A DNA stretch of 62,258 nt from IMG/VR virus record IMGVR_UViG_3300043428_000132, positions 1 to 62,258 of that record; one strand, given 5' to 3'. Numbering within the stretch: the first letter of the stretch is position 1; every line of letters begins with the position of its first letter. Positions 1 to 10,050 of this stretch are shown piece after piece. The DNA is from a virus (Duplodnaviria; Caudoviricetes). The notes beneath the pieces were generated by a model. That model was not told the DNA's origin, did not search any database, and saw nothing but the letters and a program-made list of their open reading frames with translations. A program made the position numbers and the translations under genes.

Positions 1-127
1 ACCGGGGCCTACTTCATCGGCCTTGCCGCCGTGCTGCCAGCGCTTGCCGCTGTACTCGGGCAACGGAGTGCCCAACTGCTCTTCGTAGATCAGGGCCAGA
101 AGGCCCCAGCAATCGCACCCGTCCCTG
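1..127. repeat. Terminal overlap identical to 62132-62258 (circular contig)
   Basis: Exact 127-bp direct repeat at both ends; a reading frame runs through the junction. Confidence 0.95.
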
Positions 128-186
128 TCGCGACCGTTCTCCCGGTACGGGATGCCGATGTACTCGTTCAACCAAACCGGGATCAT
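1..186 (-). CDS. NlpC/P60 tail-tip peptidase (lambda gpK-like), 5' part; joins 61910-62131 across the origin (135 aa)
   Basis: MIPVWLNEYIGIPYRENGRDRDGCDCWGL with catalytic DC motif; TGATG coupling to the upstream gene; HVG motif in the 3' part. Confidence 0.88.
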   Translation of the reverse strand, partial: MIPVWLNEYIGIPYRENGRDRDGCDCWGLLALIYEEQLGTPLPEYSGKRWQHGGKADEVGPG

Positions 187-656
187 CAGAACATCCCCGG
201 GAAGCGGTTAGGCGTCATCGTGAGCGTGACCGGCTCGGTGTAGATCGAATCGAAGGTGAGGTCTCCCGTTACCGTGCCAACATCGTATTGGGCGTTTCTC
301 AGTGTCATGTTTGTGAACGCCACTTCCACGTTGTCCGGTGCCGAGGCCAGAATCACCTCGACCGTCACCGTGGGCGGTGCGCTGATCGAGCGAATCGTTT
401 GAACTACCCGGCGATCCACGTTGTCGATCCGAAGCGATGCCTTTGGAGGTTGATCGGGGTCTTCCCCGGGCAACTCGATCTCGAAGGGGAACGCCAAGTA
501 CGTGTTGCTGCGGCTTGTCACGTTCTCGTTGTTGTTCACCAGCCTGATCGGCGTTCCAATCGTCGGGTGCGAGATCGTGAGCAACACCAGCCAAACCTCG
601 CTTGTGGCCTGTGCGTTGATCGACGCGAGCGCGGTGTTCGAAAGCGTGCGTGGCAT
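186..656 (-). CDS. Tail tip protein (DUF1833-like)
   Basis: LLTISHP...AFPFEIELP...IDNVDR motifs; lies between distal tail and NlpC genes. Confidence 0.75.
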   Translation of the reverse strand: MPRTLSNTALASINAQATSEVWLVLLTISHPTIGTPIRLVNNNENVTSRSNTYLAFPFEIELPGEDPDQPPKASLRIDNVDRRVVQTIRSISAPPTVTVEVILASAPDNVEVAFTNMTLRNAQYDVGTVTGDLTFDSIYTEPVTLTMTPNRFPGMF

Positions 657-1012
657 CAGACCGTCTCCATCACAAAACTCACGATCGAGTCAGAGCCGCC
701 GATGCTGGTGAAGGAGGGGGCGGGCTTGCGGAAACGAAAGCTGGTGCTGGCTCGAGTGAGCGGGTGCACCCAATCGAAGGGCAGGGAGCCGCCCAAGAGC
801 GTGTCCTGCCAGAACCCTTCGAACGTGGCCTTCTGCGTGGTCGTGAGGCGCATTTGCACGCTGAACGTGCGAATCTGCTTTGTGTAGCGGCGGCGAATCT
901 TGGGCGAACCCACATCGACCGGGCTTTCCATCGTTTGATCGTTCAACTTCTCTGAGTAGCCTTGCTCAAAGACGTAAGCCGGGAGCGTGCCGGGCCATGT
1001 TGCGTTTGCCAT
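656..1012 (-). CDS. Minor/distal tail protein (lambda gpM-like)
   Basis: WP..LP, RRRYT and GSLPFDWVHP motifs; follows tape measure gene. Confidence 0.7.
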   Translation of the reverse strand: MANATWPGTLPAYVFEQGYSEKLNDQTMESPVDVGSPKIRRRYTKQIRTFSVQMRLTTTQKATFEGFWQDTLLGGSLPFDWVHPLTRASTSFRFRKPAPSFTSIGGSDSIVSFVMETV

Positions 1013-4000
1013 TTACTTCCTCGCGATCTGTCGGCTTGCGCCAAAATTGGTCTGCATGGTGCGATCGAACTCGCCCGCACCCATCGACCGGCGAATCTCG
1101 TCGCGCACCATGATCTGAATCTGGCGAAGCCCGCCCGGGCCGGTCATGCTGGATGCCTCCACCGGGGCGCTGTCCTTGCCGGAGCGCATGTCGTTCACGA
1201 TGATCTGCACATCGCCACCACCACCGCCACCGGACACGCCCAGCTTGCCGTCCGGGCCACGGCGCAGCGGCATCACGGCCTCGGGGCCAGCTTCGCCCAT
1301 CACGCCCAATGCGCCGCCATTCGCGAACCGGAAGAGCGTCGGGCTGTCGTACAGGCCATTGGTGAACGTGCCGCCGTTGGCGAAGGCTTTAATGCCGCCT
1401 GAACCGAAGGCCATGCCGTTGGCGGCAAAGGTTGGCCCGACCGGCACGGAGCCAGCGTCGATGAAGCCGCCACCACCTGAGCCACCGCCAACACCCCCGC
1501 CACCCATGCCGAGGAACTGCGTGATGCCAGCCTTTGCAGCGTTCGCGGCCAACGCGACCAGCGGCTTGATAGCGATCTCGTAGGTCATCTCGGCACCGGC
1601 ACGCACGGCCATGTCGCCAATTGAGCCGAAGAACTCCTTGGCGCTGAACTCGCCGGTCTTGAAGGCCTTGACCCATGAATCCGCGAAGCTGCTCTTCACC
1701 GTGGAAGCCACGCTGTCGATCGAGCCGTGGATTGATTCAACGAGAGCACGTTGCTTGTCGTAGGCGATGTTCTGGCGTGCCAGTTGCTCGGTAAGCGCGA
1801 TCTGGGTGTCGTACTGCGCTTGGCCCGCCTGAAGGCCTTGTTGCTCGAGTTGAAGCTGCTTCTCGAGGATGGCCGTCTGCACGCGCAGTTCATCGGGCGG
1901 CAGGCCGATCAACCCACCACGGCGCTGTCCGCTTGTGATCTGGCGTTGCAGGCCACGGGTTTCGTTGGCGCGGTCGGCATTGAACTGAGCCGAGTCCTGT
2001 GCACGCATCTCACCGGCCAATGATTCGCCGTATTGCGTGCGGGCCTGCGGGGTGAGGTTGCGCTGGGCCGCTGCGATGTTGAACTCAAGCTGGGCCAACT
2101 GACGCTCGCGGTCGCTGCCCATCGAGCCGCCAAGAATCCGTTGCAGTTCAGTGTTGGACTTGATGCCTGCGATCTGGTTCTGCGCGTTCAGGCCCTCGAT
2201 GGCGTTGAACTTGTCAATCTCGCCGTCGAAAGTGCCCGGGCGCAACCGATCGGCCTCAGCGGCCCGCATGGAGGCCGCGATGGCACGTTGCAGGCCCGAG
2301 TTGCCTGCGGCACCGCCTTGGGCCTTGTTGATCGAGGCCTCGAGCGCGTTGGCGTAGTTGGCTTGGGCCACGGCGGCAGCGTCGGCAGCAATCTTCTGCT
2401 CGCGCATCGCGATCGTGAGCTTTCCGAAGAAGCCGTCGATCACGGGCGACTTCAGGTCGCCAAACATTTGGAAGCGCTTGAGCAACAACTCGTTGCTGAT
2501 CTCCAACTCGCGGGTCTGCTCGCGGGTACCACCCACGGCAGCGGCGAGCGCCGTCTGTTGCTGTACCTGAATGCCGAGCGTGCGAAGCTGATCGCCGCCC
2601 TTCATCACTTCCTGATTGATCAGCGTGCCCAAAGCGCCGCCACCGCTCATGCCGATCTTCTGCATCGATTCGGAGAGCTTCTGGGCTTGCTGGATCAGGC
2701 CAGTGGCCCCGCCGCCACCACCTTGCGCGATCGCTGCACTGAGCTTGCCAAAGTCGTCGGCGAGCGATTGCACGGGCGTTTTGGTGTCGTCCAGTTGCTT
2801 CTTGGCGATCCCCAGCGTGCGGTTGAACTGATCGAGTTGCTTGGTTTCGGCCTCAGTGAGCAAAGGCTTGGCCTGAAGCGCGGCGATCCCGGCCTCGAGT
2901 TGCTTGATGTTTCCGGTGATGGCGGTGATCTTCGAGGCACGGTCGTCCAAGTCCTTGGAGATCGAACTTGCATCGAGGATCGGCTTGTTCTGTCTGATCA
3001 AGTCCTCTTGTGCGGTGTCGTTCTCCATCGTGCGGAGATCGCGACGGGCCTGATCCTGAATGCGCTCGCGCTCGGCCTTGATCTCAGCAAGCCGTGCGGA
3101 GCGATCCACAATGGCGAAGCGCTTGATGTCGCCTTCTTCCTGATCCAAGGCGGCAAGGCGACCGCCCGGGCTGTTGTCGGGCATGGCACCTCGAGCGGCG
3201 TTGATAGCGCTGCGGGCCATGCGGGCGATGCCCTGCACCCAATCCGAAGAGTTGGTCTTCTTTCCAATGTCGGCGAGCAACTGATCCCACGCATCGCCCA
3301 CCTTCTGGAACTCGCGCTCGGCTGTGTTTGGCAGCGTCTTGAATTCCTCGTTCACCTTGTCGGATTGCTTGAGGATGGCCGCGAACACCTTCGAGCCAGT
3401 GAGTTCGCCTGCGGCACCCATCGCACGCATCTCGCCCACGGACTTGCCGAGGCCATCAGCGATGGCTTTGGCGAGCGCTGGCAAGTTCTCCATGATCGAG
3501 CGCAGTTCATCGCCGTTCAGACGGCCCGAGGCCAGCGCCTGCGACAACTGGATCATGCCGCTCGCAATCTCGCCTCGGCCTGCGCCGGAGATCAGGCCCA
3601 GCTTCTGCACTGTCTCGGAGAGCGTTTGAATCTCGCTGCGGGTGGCCCCGAGCGCTTCAGAGTTGCGGGCCAGCCGCAGGAACGAATCAGCGGCGGCAGC
3701 GAAGCCGGTACCAGTGTCCTGCGTGCTCTTGTAGAGCGACTGCATCGCATCGCGGGCAGCGTAGGTGGAACCCAGCGCATTCTTGAGCCGCGCCTCCATC
3801 AGGTTCGAGTCGTCGGCGAACTTGGCGAGTGCGGCAGCGGCGTCGTAGGTTTGCTTGCCCACGACGCCGATTGCCACCGCCGTGGCTCCCAGAATCATGC
3901 CGGTGGGGCCGAGTACCGAGGCCATGCGCCCGAAGCCGCCTGCGGCCACCTGCAAAGCGCTCCCAAGGCCACCGCCACCGCTGCCGCTGCCCAACGCACC

Positions 4001-4288
4001 GCTCATGGCTGCGGCGGCGTTTGTAGCGCCGCCCATCGCGCTTGTCATGCGGCCAATGTCGGAGGCGAACTGTTGCGCCCCTTGGTTCTGTGCTGCGGCT
4101 TGCTGCGTCTTCTTGATCGCATCCTCGAGCTTCTTCTGTTGCTCGGTTGCGAGAGCCGACTTTTGGCTCAGGTTCTGCTCGGCATCGCCAAGTTTTCCGA
4201 TGGCTTGGGCCGCATCAGCCGCTGCCGTCTTGGCGTTTGCCAGCGGCTTCGTATCGATATCAAACCCAAGGTGAAATTGCTCGGCCAT
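1013..4288 (-). CDS. Tail tape measure protein, 1091 aa
   Basis: QLSQALASGRLNGDELRSIMEN tape-measure motif; C-terminal FANGG...MGEAGPEAVMPL; Ala-rich helical. Confidence 0.95.
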   Translation of the reverse strand: MAEQFHLGFDIDTKPLANAKTAAADAAQAIGKLGDAEQNLSQKSALATEQQKKLEDAIKKTQQAAAQNQGAQQFASDIGRMTSAMGGATNAAAAMSGALGSGSGGGGLGSALQVAAGGFGRMASVLGPTGMILGATAVAIGVVGKQTYDAAAALAKFADDSNLMEARLKNALGSTYAARDAMQSLYKSTQDTGTGFAAAADSFLRLARNSEALGATRSEIQTLSETVQKLGLISGAGRGEIASGMIQLSQALASGRLNGDELRSIMENLPALAKAIADGLGKSVGEMRAMGAAGELTGSKVFAAILKQSDKVNEEFKTLPNTAEREFQKVGDAWDQLLADIGKKTNSSDWVQGIARMARSAINAARGAMPDNSPGGRLAALDQEEGDIKRFAIVDRSARLAEIKAERERIQDQARRDLRTMENDTAQEDLIRQNKPILDASSISKDLDDRASKITAITGNIKQLEAGIAALQAKPLLTEAETKQLDQFNRTLGIAKKQLDDTKTPVQSLADDFGKLSAAIAQGGGGGATGLIQQAQKLSESMQKIGMSGGGALGTLINQEVMKGGDQLRTLGIQVQQQTALAAAVGGTREQTRELEISNELLLKRFQMFGDLKSPVIDGFFGKLTIAMREQKIAADAAAVAQANYANALEASINKAQGGAAGNSGLQRAIAASMRAAEADRLRPGTFDGEIDKFNAIEGLNAQNQIAGIKSNTELQRILGGSMGSDRERQLAQLEFNIAAAQRNLTPQARTQYGESLAGEMRAQDSAQFNADRANETRGLQRQITSGQRRGGLIGLPPDELRVQTAILEKQLQLEQQGLQAGQAQYDTQIALTEQLARQNIAYDKQRALVESIHGSIDSVASTVKSSFADSWVKAFKTGEFSAKEFFGSIGDMAVRAGAEMTYEIAIKPLVALAANAAKAGITQFLGMGGGGVGGGSGGGGFIDAGSVPVGPTFAANGMAFGSGGIKAFANGGTFTNGLYDSPTLFRFANGGALGVMGEAGPEAVMPLRRGPDGKLGVSGGGGGGDVQIIVNDMRSGKDSAPVEASSMTGPGGLRQIQIMVRDEIRRSMGAGEFDRTMQTNFGASRQIARK

Positions 4289-4300
4289 GCGACGCTCCTG

Positions 4301-4651
4301 TCATTCCTGTGTGGATTCTAAATAGGCGTCGTCCAGCAAACCGATCACATCGACCTCCCACGGCTCCAATGCCACCCGACTTAGGCGGCACCAAGCCTCG
4401 ATCTCGGTGAACTGAATGGGGTTCACCCCCATCCCGCCACCACTGCGTGCCCTGTGCAGCGCGATGAACGTCCACCACAAGGGCCGCATTTCAGGGGCGA
4501 GGGTTGGGGCTTGCTGCACCGGCTTGCCGGTTGCGCGTGCGACGGCTGCGTAGTGGTCAGCAACCGCGCTCCCATCCTTGGCTCGCTTCCTGAGACCGAA
4601 CTGGTACTTGGCGAAATCGATCAGGCTTTGGACGACGCCTGCAAAAAATTT
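4301..4651 (-). CDS. Tail assembly chaperone, frameshifted (gpGT-like) extension
   Basis: The -1 frame is open from slippery AAATTTTTTG (4651-4642) to 4301; NPIQFTEIEAW motif. Confidence 0.8.
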   Translation of the reverse strand, partial: KFFAGVVQSLIDFAKYQFGLRKRAKDGSAVADHYAAVARATGKPVQQAPTLAPEMRPLWWTFIALHRARSGGGMGVNPIQFTEIEAWCRLSRVALEPWEVDVIGLLDDAYLESTQE

Positions 4652-5058
4652 GCTCGTTCGCTGATAAAGAGATCGACCTGCTCGCGCACCACGGGGTAGT
4701 TCTCGAAGAGTTTCAGCGCGTTCTCAGGCGTGCATGGAATCGGCTTCCCGGCCTTGTCCAGAATCCCGTTCCAGCCCACTGTGCAACCGGCGAGGATTTC
4801 CATCGCATCGTGGTCGGTTTCGTCCATGTCGGCATCGGTGAACTCGGTATTGCCTGCGGCTCGCTTGGCAAGGCGCTTGCGAATCTGAGTGCGCGAGAGC
4901 GACCGGTACTTGCCGCTGTCGGGGCCGAGAACTTTGATGCTCACGATCTCGCCGTTTGCGGCCTTCAATGGCTCGTTGGAGTTCAGTTTCTTGATCACCA
5001 CATCCACGCCTGATTCGGAGAGGGTTTTGGTGTCGATGCCGTCGAGTGCGAATTCCAT
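4621..5058 (-). CDS. Tail assembly chaperone (gpG-like)
   Basis: Between tail tube and tape measure genes; GPDS..Y, GWNG and REQVDLFISERANF motifs. Confidence 0.85.
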   Translation of the reverse strand: MEFALDGIDTKTLSESGVDVVIKKLNSNEPLKAANGEIVSIKVLGPDSGKYRSLSRTQIRKRLAKRAAGNTEFTDADMDETDHDAMEILAGCTVGWNGILDKAGKPIPCTPENALKLFENYPVVREQVDLFISERANFLQASSKA

Positions 5059-5087
5059 GTTGGTAGCTTTCAAGTGGAAGATGAAGT

Positions 5088-5120
5088 GAAAAGGGGCGGC
5101 GGCTCTTCACCGACCGCCCC
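5088..5120 (-). terminator. Rho-independent terminator after tail tube gene
   Basis: GGGGCGGTCGG-loop-CCGCCGCCCC followed by TTTT on minus strand. Confidence 0.6.
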
Positions 5121-5141
5121 GTGGGATGGTGTAAGCAGGGC

Positions 5142-6314
5142 TTACACGTTGCTGCGCTGGATCACCAAGGAGCCAGTGTCGTGCACGGTGGAGCCGCTCT
5201 TGAGCAAGGCTTGGAAGGGGAACTGAACGATCACGCCGCCATCGGGGCCGACGGTCTTGCTGGCACCAGTGAACTTCACACGGTTGATCGCCACGCACAT
5301 GAAGTCGGTCGAACCTGCGGCATCCAGTTGGGCCACGATATCGATCTCTTCCTCGTTCAAGAACACGTTCATGAAGTTCTCGTCTTGCAAGAACACGCTC
5401 ACGTTGCCGGTCACCACGGTGCGGCCATAGAAGATTTCCGGCACGATCTGCGAGCCGACCACGGGCTGGCTCGAGAGGTTGTTCTGCACTTGGAAATCCA
5501 GACCGGTCACGATCGCGCTGGCAGCGCCATCGATCAGCAGCGAACCATTCAGGCCAGCCAGAATGCCGGTCGTGGTTTCAGTGGCGGGGCTGGCGAAGTA
5601 GGGCGCGTTGGGCGAGGCAAGGTTCTGCCCGTCTTGGCCTTGGAAGTCAAAGCCGATGGTTGCCATGCCCGTGGGCGGCAGACCCATGCTCATGGACGAC
5701 ACACGGCAACCGAGGAACAACTCGCTGAAGTCGCTGTCGGGGTAGTTCTGCTCGATGGTGAAGGAGCGCTTCTGCACGCCCGTGGTCACCTTCTTGCCAG
5801 CGGTGGCGATCGTGAACGTGGTCTGCGCGGTCATCGCGGCAGGTGTTGGGAACACGGTCATGTTGGTGGCCGTGAGCGCGGTGATGCGGAAGTTCTTGCC
5901 CACGTTGGCGTGCGCGAAACCCGCCAAGCGCACCACATCGCCGATCTTGAAGCCTTGGGTGATGAAGCTGCCCGCAGCGGCCACGAAGGACGAACCGCTA
6001 ACGGTGAGGCTGGTGTGCTGGGTGTTGGAGCCAGTGCCGCCCGTTGCCCACGTGCCGCGCAGGGAGGCCTCGATGAAGGCATCCCATGTCTGGGTGCTCA
6101 GTTCACCTTGAATCCCACCAGCCACGCGACGCACGCCGTGGCGAGCATCGAACACCTGTTGGTCGGTGCGAACTTCGTTCGAAGTGAACGCATCCTTAGT
6201 GAGGTTCAGGGAAGACGACACACGGCGCAGCGCTTGGGCGCTTGTGCCAGCGACGCCGAAAGTGTTTTCGGGTGCGTACCGTACCGATACGTTTACGTTT
6301 GATTGCAAGGGCAT
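5142..6314 (-). CDS. Major tail tube protein
   Basis: E..FG, SNEVRTD and RSFTIEQ motifs; synteny. Confidence 0.85.
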   Translation of the reverse strand: MPLQSNVNVSVRYAPENTFGVAGTSAQALRRVSSSLNLTKDAFTSNEVRTDQQVFDARHGVRRVAGGIQGELSTQTWDAFIEASLRGTWATGGTGSNTQHTSLTVSGSSFVAAAGSFITQGFKIGDVVRLAGFAHANVGKNFRITALTATNMTVFPTPAAMTAQTTFTIATAGKKVTTGVQKRSFTIEQNYPDSDFSELFLGCRVSSMSMGLPPTGMATIGFDFQGQDGQNLASPNAPYFASPATETTTGILAGLNGSLLIDGAASAIVTGLDFQVQNNLSSQPVVGSQIVPEIFYGRTVVTGNVSVFLQDENFMNVFLNEEEIDIVAQLDAAGSTDFMCVAINRVKFTGASKTVGPDGGVIVQFPFQALLKSGSTVHDTGSLVIQRSNV

Positions 6315-6360
6315 GATGCTCTCCTAAGTTGATGTTTCCCGCAAAGCGGATCGGCTTTCT

Positions 6361-6777
6361 TTACCTGCTTGTGTACGCCACCACAGTGATGATCACCGCG
6401 CAGTTGATCCAATCCGGCTCTTGCACCAGAGGTGCACGTTCTGCCTGAATTACGACTGCGGTTGAAGCGCCGTAAGCCAGCGAAGAGCCGGGGCTGAATT
6501 TGTCCATGATTTTCGCCGCCATCACATCGATCGAAAGCGTGCCTTCGTCGGCGGGGTAGTGCAGCGTGAAGTTGGCGGTGCACGTGTGAGCGATCGTGCC
6601 GCCGATGCCGGTGGCTCGAACCACCGATGAAATCGGGCGGAATTGCTCGCTCACATAAGGGGTGCCCTTGGTGGGCTGGTACCGGCGAGCCTCCCAATGC
6701 TGGTCGGGCAGGCCCTTGATGGTGAGCAGCGCCTCACGGAAGGCGGCGCGAAGGTCTGCGTGCACGGTGAGCGTCAT
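6361..6777 (-). CDS. Tail terminator protein
   Basis: Start MTLTVHADL overlaps upstream stop; size and synteny. Confidence 0.65.
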   Translation of the reverse strand: MTLTVHADLRAAFREALLTIKGLPDQHWEARRYQPTKGTPYVSEQFRPISSVVRATGIGGTIAHTCTANFTLHYPADEGTLSIDVMAAKIMDKFSPGSSLAYGASTAVVIQAERAPLVQEPDWINCAVIITVVAYTSR

Positions 6778-7211
6778 TTGATCCCCAACTCGTTTGCGGT
6801 CTTGCTCACGATCTGGGGCCAGCGCTTCGCGTTGTCCGTCACCATGAAGCGGCCATTCATCTTTGTGGTGCCGAACTCCACGTGCAAGGCGTAGTTGGCG
6901 TTGTTCGAGAGAACGAACTTTTCGCCGAGTTTCATGTCCGTGATCGTCACGCCAATCGAGGCCAAAGCCTTCGCGGCGGCTGCGGAAGCACCCGAACCAC
7001 CCATGCCGAACTCTTTTCCAGAGCCTGCTTTGGGCGTGCCGATGGACGGTTGCCACGATGAGCGCAGAAAGCCGGTGTCGACCGGGGTGTCCACCACCAC
7101 CTGAAAGCACATTTGCTGGATCGACTGGCGTGCGAGGCCATCAAGCTGTTCGCCAGCCTTCGCGGCCCATGCGCCCAGCTTTGCTTTGAACTCGCGCCCG
7201 TTCGCCATCAC
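6774..7211 (-). CDS. HK97 gp10-like tail completion protein
   Basis: TPVDTGFLRSSW and NNANYALHVEFGT motifs. Confidence 0.85.
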   Translation of the reverse strand: MMANGREFKAKLGAWAAKAGEQLDGLARQSIQQMCFQVVVDTPVDTGFLRSSWQPSIGTPKAGSGKEFGMGGSGASAAAAKALASIGVTITDMKLGEKFVLSNNANYALHVEFGTTKMNGRFMVTDNAKRWPQIVSKTANELGIK

Positions 7212-7582
7212 CGCTCCCCGAACACGGTGTAGAGCACCGCGCCGTCAGCGGCTGGGTTGATAGGGTTCACGTGGCGCACCGTCCAGTTGCGGCCCGCCCA
7301 TGCGATCTGATCGCCGGGTTCAGGCTCGAACTTCGGGGTGGCCTTGTGGGCGAGGGTGAACTGAAGGCCGTTGCCGATGCTCAGGGTGCCGCCGTCGTAC
7401 TCGAGCGCCTTGCCCATCGGCAGGCCGATGCCAGCAAATGTCTCGGTGAGGCGGGTCTTGGTTTCGGCTTGGGTGATCGGGTCGAAGCCCTTGGAGTGAC
7501 GCAGGCGCGTGACCACCACGGGTGCACCCTTGGAGGCGAGCAACCCGTAGGCGGTGGACTGAAGGCCTGCGAACTTGCCCAT
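7208..7582 (-). CDS. Head closure / head-tail joining protein
   Basis: Synteny; FDPIT and PEPGD motifs. Confidence 0.65.
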   Translation of the reverse strand: MGKFAGLQSTAYGLLASKGAPVVVTRLRHSKGFDPITQAETKTRLTETFAGIGLPMGKALEYDGGTLSIGNGLQFTLAHKATPKFEPEPGDQIAWAGRNWTVRHVNPINPAADGAVLYTVFGER

Positions 7583-7585
7583 GCC

Positions 7586-8167
7586 TTACACCTGCCCCAG
7601 CAAGCCAGCGGGATCGAGCGGCGAAGTGCCGGGGTTGTCCGTCATGCCGGTTTGGAAGTACGGCTTGGAATCCTCGGCACCGAAGAACGGCACGCCGCGC
7701 ACCTCGGGATCGCGCACGTAAGGCTTGAGCAAGTTCCACGCGAACTGCCACACGGTGCCCGTGGGCGCGTCGTCGGCGTAGGTAACGGAGAGAGGCCCCA
7801 CGGATTCGCTCTTCACCTTGCCGCCACGGTTCTGATCGACGTACAGGTCAGCGGTGAGGGCCTTGAACGCCAGTTCAGCGCAGGCATCCTTCACGCGCTT
7901 GGGCAGGCCCTGAATGTCGTAGCCCGACCAGTCGATCAGGTTGATGCGGGGGAACTCGAGCGCTTGGGAACCGGTCTTGCGGTTGCCCTTGAAGCGAAAT
8001 TGGGAATCGATGTAGCCGCTGGCGAGGCGCAGCTTCTGCTCGATGAAGGAATCGGCGACGGTGGAGTAGTCGTAGCCACGCCCATCGGCGTAGGCCTTGA
8101 ACTGATCCACGGTGATGTAGCTCTCGGCCTCAGTTTGGCCGGTGCCGTCCTCCACGATCAGAGCCAT
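7586..8167 (-). CDS. Head-tail adaptor (DnaT-like annotated phage family)
   Basis: MALIVEDGTG..AESYITV, QALEFPR and VGPLSVTY motifs. Confidence 0.8.
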   Translation of the reverse strand: MALIVEDGTGQTEAESYITVDQFKAYADGRGYDYSTVADSFIEQKLRLASGYIDSQFRFKGNRKTGSQALEFPRINLIDWSGYDIQGLPKRVKDACAELAFKALTADLYVDQNRGGKVKSESVGPLSVTYADDAPTGTVWQFAWNLLKPYVRDPEVRGVPFFGAEDSKPYFQTGMTDNPGTSPLDPAGLLGQV

Positions 8168-8175
8168 CGTTCACC

Positions 8176-8577
8176 TCACTTCGCCAGCTTGTGGGCTTCA
8201 TCCTTGGAATGAGGCCCGGAAATTTCTTTGCCTTCTGCATCGATCACGAAGTACCGGCCAAAGCCACGGTAATCGACGCTCAGGGCGCTTTTGTTTGCCT
8301 CGGTGGGGGTTGCCTCCACCTTTGGCGCTTCGGCCTTCTGGGCCTTGGCTTCAGCCTTCTTGGCTGGTGCTTTCGCGGGGGCCGGTGCAGCCGGTGCCGC
8401 ATCCAGAATCGCTTCGATCATTCGGCTGTCGTACATCTGGCGCAAACGGCGCGTCTCGATGCCAGCCTTGTCGATCGGCATCCCAATCGTGTATTCGATC
8501 CCCTGCATCACGAAGGCGCGGGTGGCTCGGAACTCGTAGGAGGGCGAAAAGGGAAGTCGGTTGTAACGGTCTTGCAT
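8176..8577 (-). CDS. Hypothetical virion-region protein with Ala/Pro/Lys linker
   Basis: Clean ORF between capsid and adaptor genes. Confidence 0.7.
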   Translation of the reverse strand: MQDRYNRLPFSPSYEFRATRAFVMQGIEYTIGMPIDKAGIETRRLRQMYDSRMIEAILDAAPAAPAPAKAPAKKAEAKAQKAEAPKVEATPTEANKSALSVDYRGFGRYFVIDAEGKEISGPHSKDEAHKLAK

Positions 8578-8617
8578 GGGCAGCTTTCAAATGAAGGGCG
8601 TGGCGCTCATAGGCCAC

Positions 8618-8645
8618 AAGGGCAGGGGCCGAAGCCCCCGCCTTT
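8618..8645 (-). terminator. cUUCGg hairpin after capsid gene (terminator or stabiliser)
   Basis: GGCGGGGGC-TTCG-GCCCCTGCC on minus strand; short U tract. Confidence 0.55.
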
Positions 8646-8657
8646 GGTTTTCATCGC

Positions 8658-9644
8658 TTAGGCGACGATGCCGCTGAAGAACTGGCCCAGATCAGCCGAG
8701 ACCAGCTTCTGATCGAAGCACATGTCGATCTCGATGCGATCGGCACCCAGTTGTTCCATGCGGAACGACTTGATGCGGTTGCCTTCGCCACCGGCACCCA
8801 GCAAACCCGTCCAAGAGAACGTGTAGCCAGCGGTGGGGGTCATCAGGCCGGGAGCGGATGCGGCGTGAACCAACATCGCGTTCTTGCCACCGATGAAGCT
8901 GTGCGAAGCAGCAGCGCCTTCTTTGGCGGTGTTCTCCACGGCGTTCATCACCAGAATCTCTTCGACCTTGAACAGGGCGGCGAGGTCGCTGGTGGAGGTG
9001 TTGGCAACACCACCGGCGGTTTGGCCGTACTTCAGGCGGTCGATGATATCGGGGTGATCCAGCAGCGCGTCGTACACGGCACGGCCCAGAACCAGCTTGT
9101 TTGGCTCGAAGCCAGTGCGCTCGGCGATGGAGCGCTTGGCAGCACGAACCGATTCGATCGGGGTGCTGTTGGCGTCGTTCCATTGCAGCAAGTTCGCGCC
9201 GGAAGGGTTGGACGACACGCCGGTGTAGTCCACGCCCCACAGGCCAGCTTGGAAGAACTTCTGAACGAAGAGCTTCTCGCGCTTGATCAGGGCCTTGTGC
9301 GTCACGTAGGCGGTGGCCTCACGATCGGGGTTCAGCACTGCATCGGCGTTGGCACGCACTTCGTCGGGGATATCCTTGTGGAAGGAGAACCGGTTGGCGA
9401 AGTAGGTGGGGGTGTTGTCCAGCTTGTAGCCGCCGCCAACGGATTCGGTGGCGGGAGCACGCTCGGCCATCTCGTCGCGGTTGAAGTCACCACGCTCGTA
9501 CACGTAGTAACGGTCGCTCTGTTTCGTGACCGGGATGTTGGGGAACACACGGCTCGAAACGAAGTTGGCTGCGTTTTGCAGGAAGGCGATGCTGATATTG
9601 GTCAGCGGGGTGTTAACGTGAACGTCGCCGGGAGTGGGATTCAT
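8658..9644 (-). CDS. Major capsid protein
   Basis: 328 aa, DVHVNTPLTNISIA start, follows decoration and scaffold genes, strong RBS. Confidence 0.88.
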   Translation of the reverse strand: MNPTPGDVHVNTPLTNISIAFLQNAANFVSSRVFPNIPVTKQSDRYYVYERGDFNRDEMAERAPATESVGGGYKLDNTPTYFANRFSFHKDIPDEVRANADAVLNPDREATAYVTHKALIKREKLFVQKFFQAGLWGVDYTGVSSNPSGANLLQWNDANSTPIESVRAAKRSIAERTGFEPNKLVLGRAVYDALLDHPDIIDRLKYGQTAGGVANTSTSDLAALFKVEEILVMNAVENTAKEGAAASHSFIGGKNAMLVHAASAPGLMTPTAGYTFSWTGLLGAGGEGNRIKSFRMEQLGADRIEIDMCFDQKLVSADLGQFFSGIVA

Positions 9645-9672
9645 GATTCGATCTCCTTAGTCAGTTGATCCA

Positions 9673-10050
9673 TTACGCCAGAACGGCGAATGGGAATGCG
9701 TGAACGAGGATCGAAACGATCTCGCCGGAAGCGCCACCAGTCAGGGCCACGCCGATCACGGCATCGCCAGCACTGGAAGCGGCCACGATCTCGCCAGAGG
9801 CGTTCGCGGTGACGCGAGCGCCAGCGGCCACGGTGCCACCCAGCTTCGCCTTGGACACGCCGCCATAGGCAACGGTCGCGGCTTGGCCTGCGGCGGGGTT
9901 GTTTTGCACGATGCCGATCACTTGATCGTCAGCGTCCGCGATGGCAGCTTTGCCAGCGCTGTTCACGCCAACGGCGCAGAACTGCTTGGTGCTCAGGTCG
10001 CCAGCGGCAACCAGAGACACGCAGTGGTGGGAAACATTTTGGTAAGCCAT
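9673..10050 (-). CDS. Capsid decoration/cement protein (DUF2190-like)
   Basis: Small Ala/Gly-rich beta protein, IGIVQN.P..GQAATV; directly upstream of capsid gene. Confidence 0.8.
   Translation of the reverse strand: MAYQNVSHHCVSLVAAGDLSTKQFCAVGVNSAGKAAIADADDQVIGIVQNNPAAGQAATVAYGGVSKAKLGGTVAAGARVTANASGEIVAASSAGDAVIGVALTGGASGEIVSILVHAFPFAVLA

Noticed and set aside
1-127. Biological direct terminal repeat
   Set aside because: 127 bp matches a common assembler k-mer overlap and falls inside the NlpC gene; it indicates circularity, not a packaging end
2033-4321. Long antisense ORFs (762 aa here; also 5121-6302, 27240-28790, 60496-62061 and others)
   Set aside because: Shadow frames opposite well-supported genes in GC-rich DNA; no motifs or RBS
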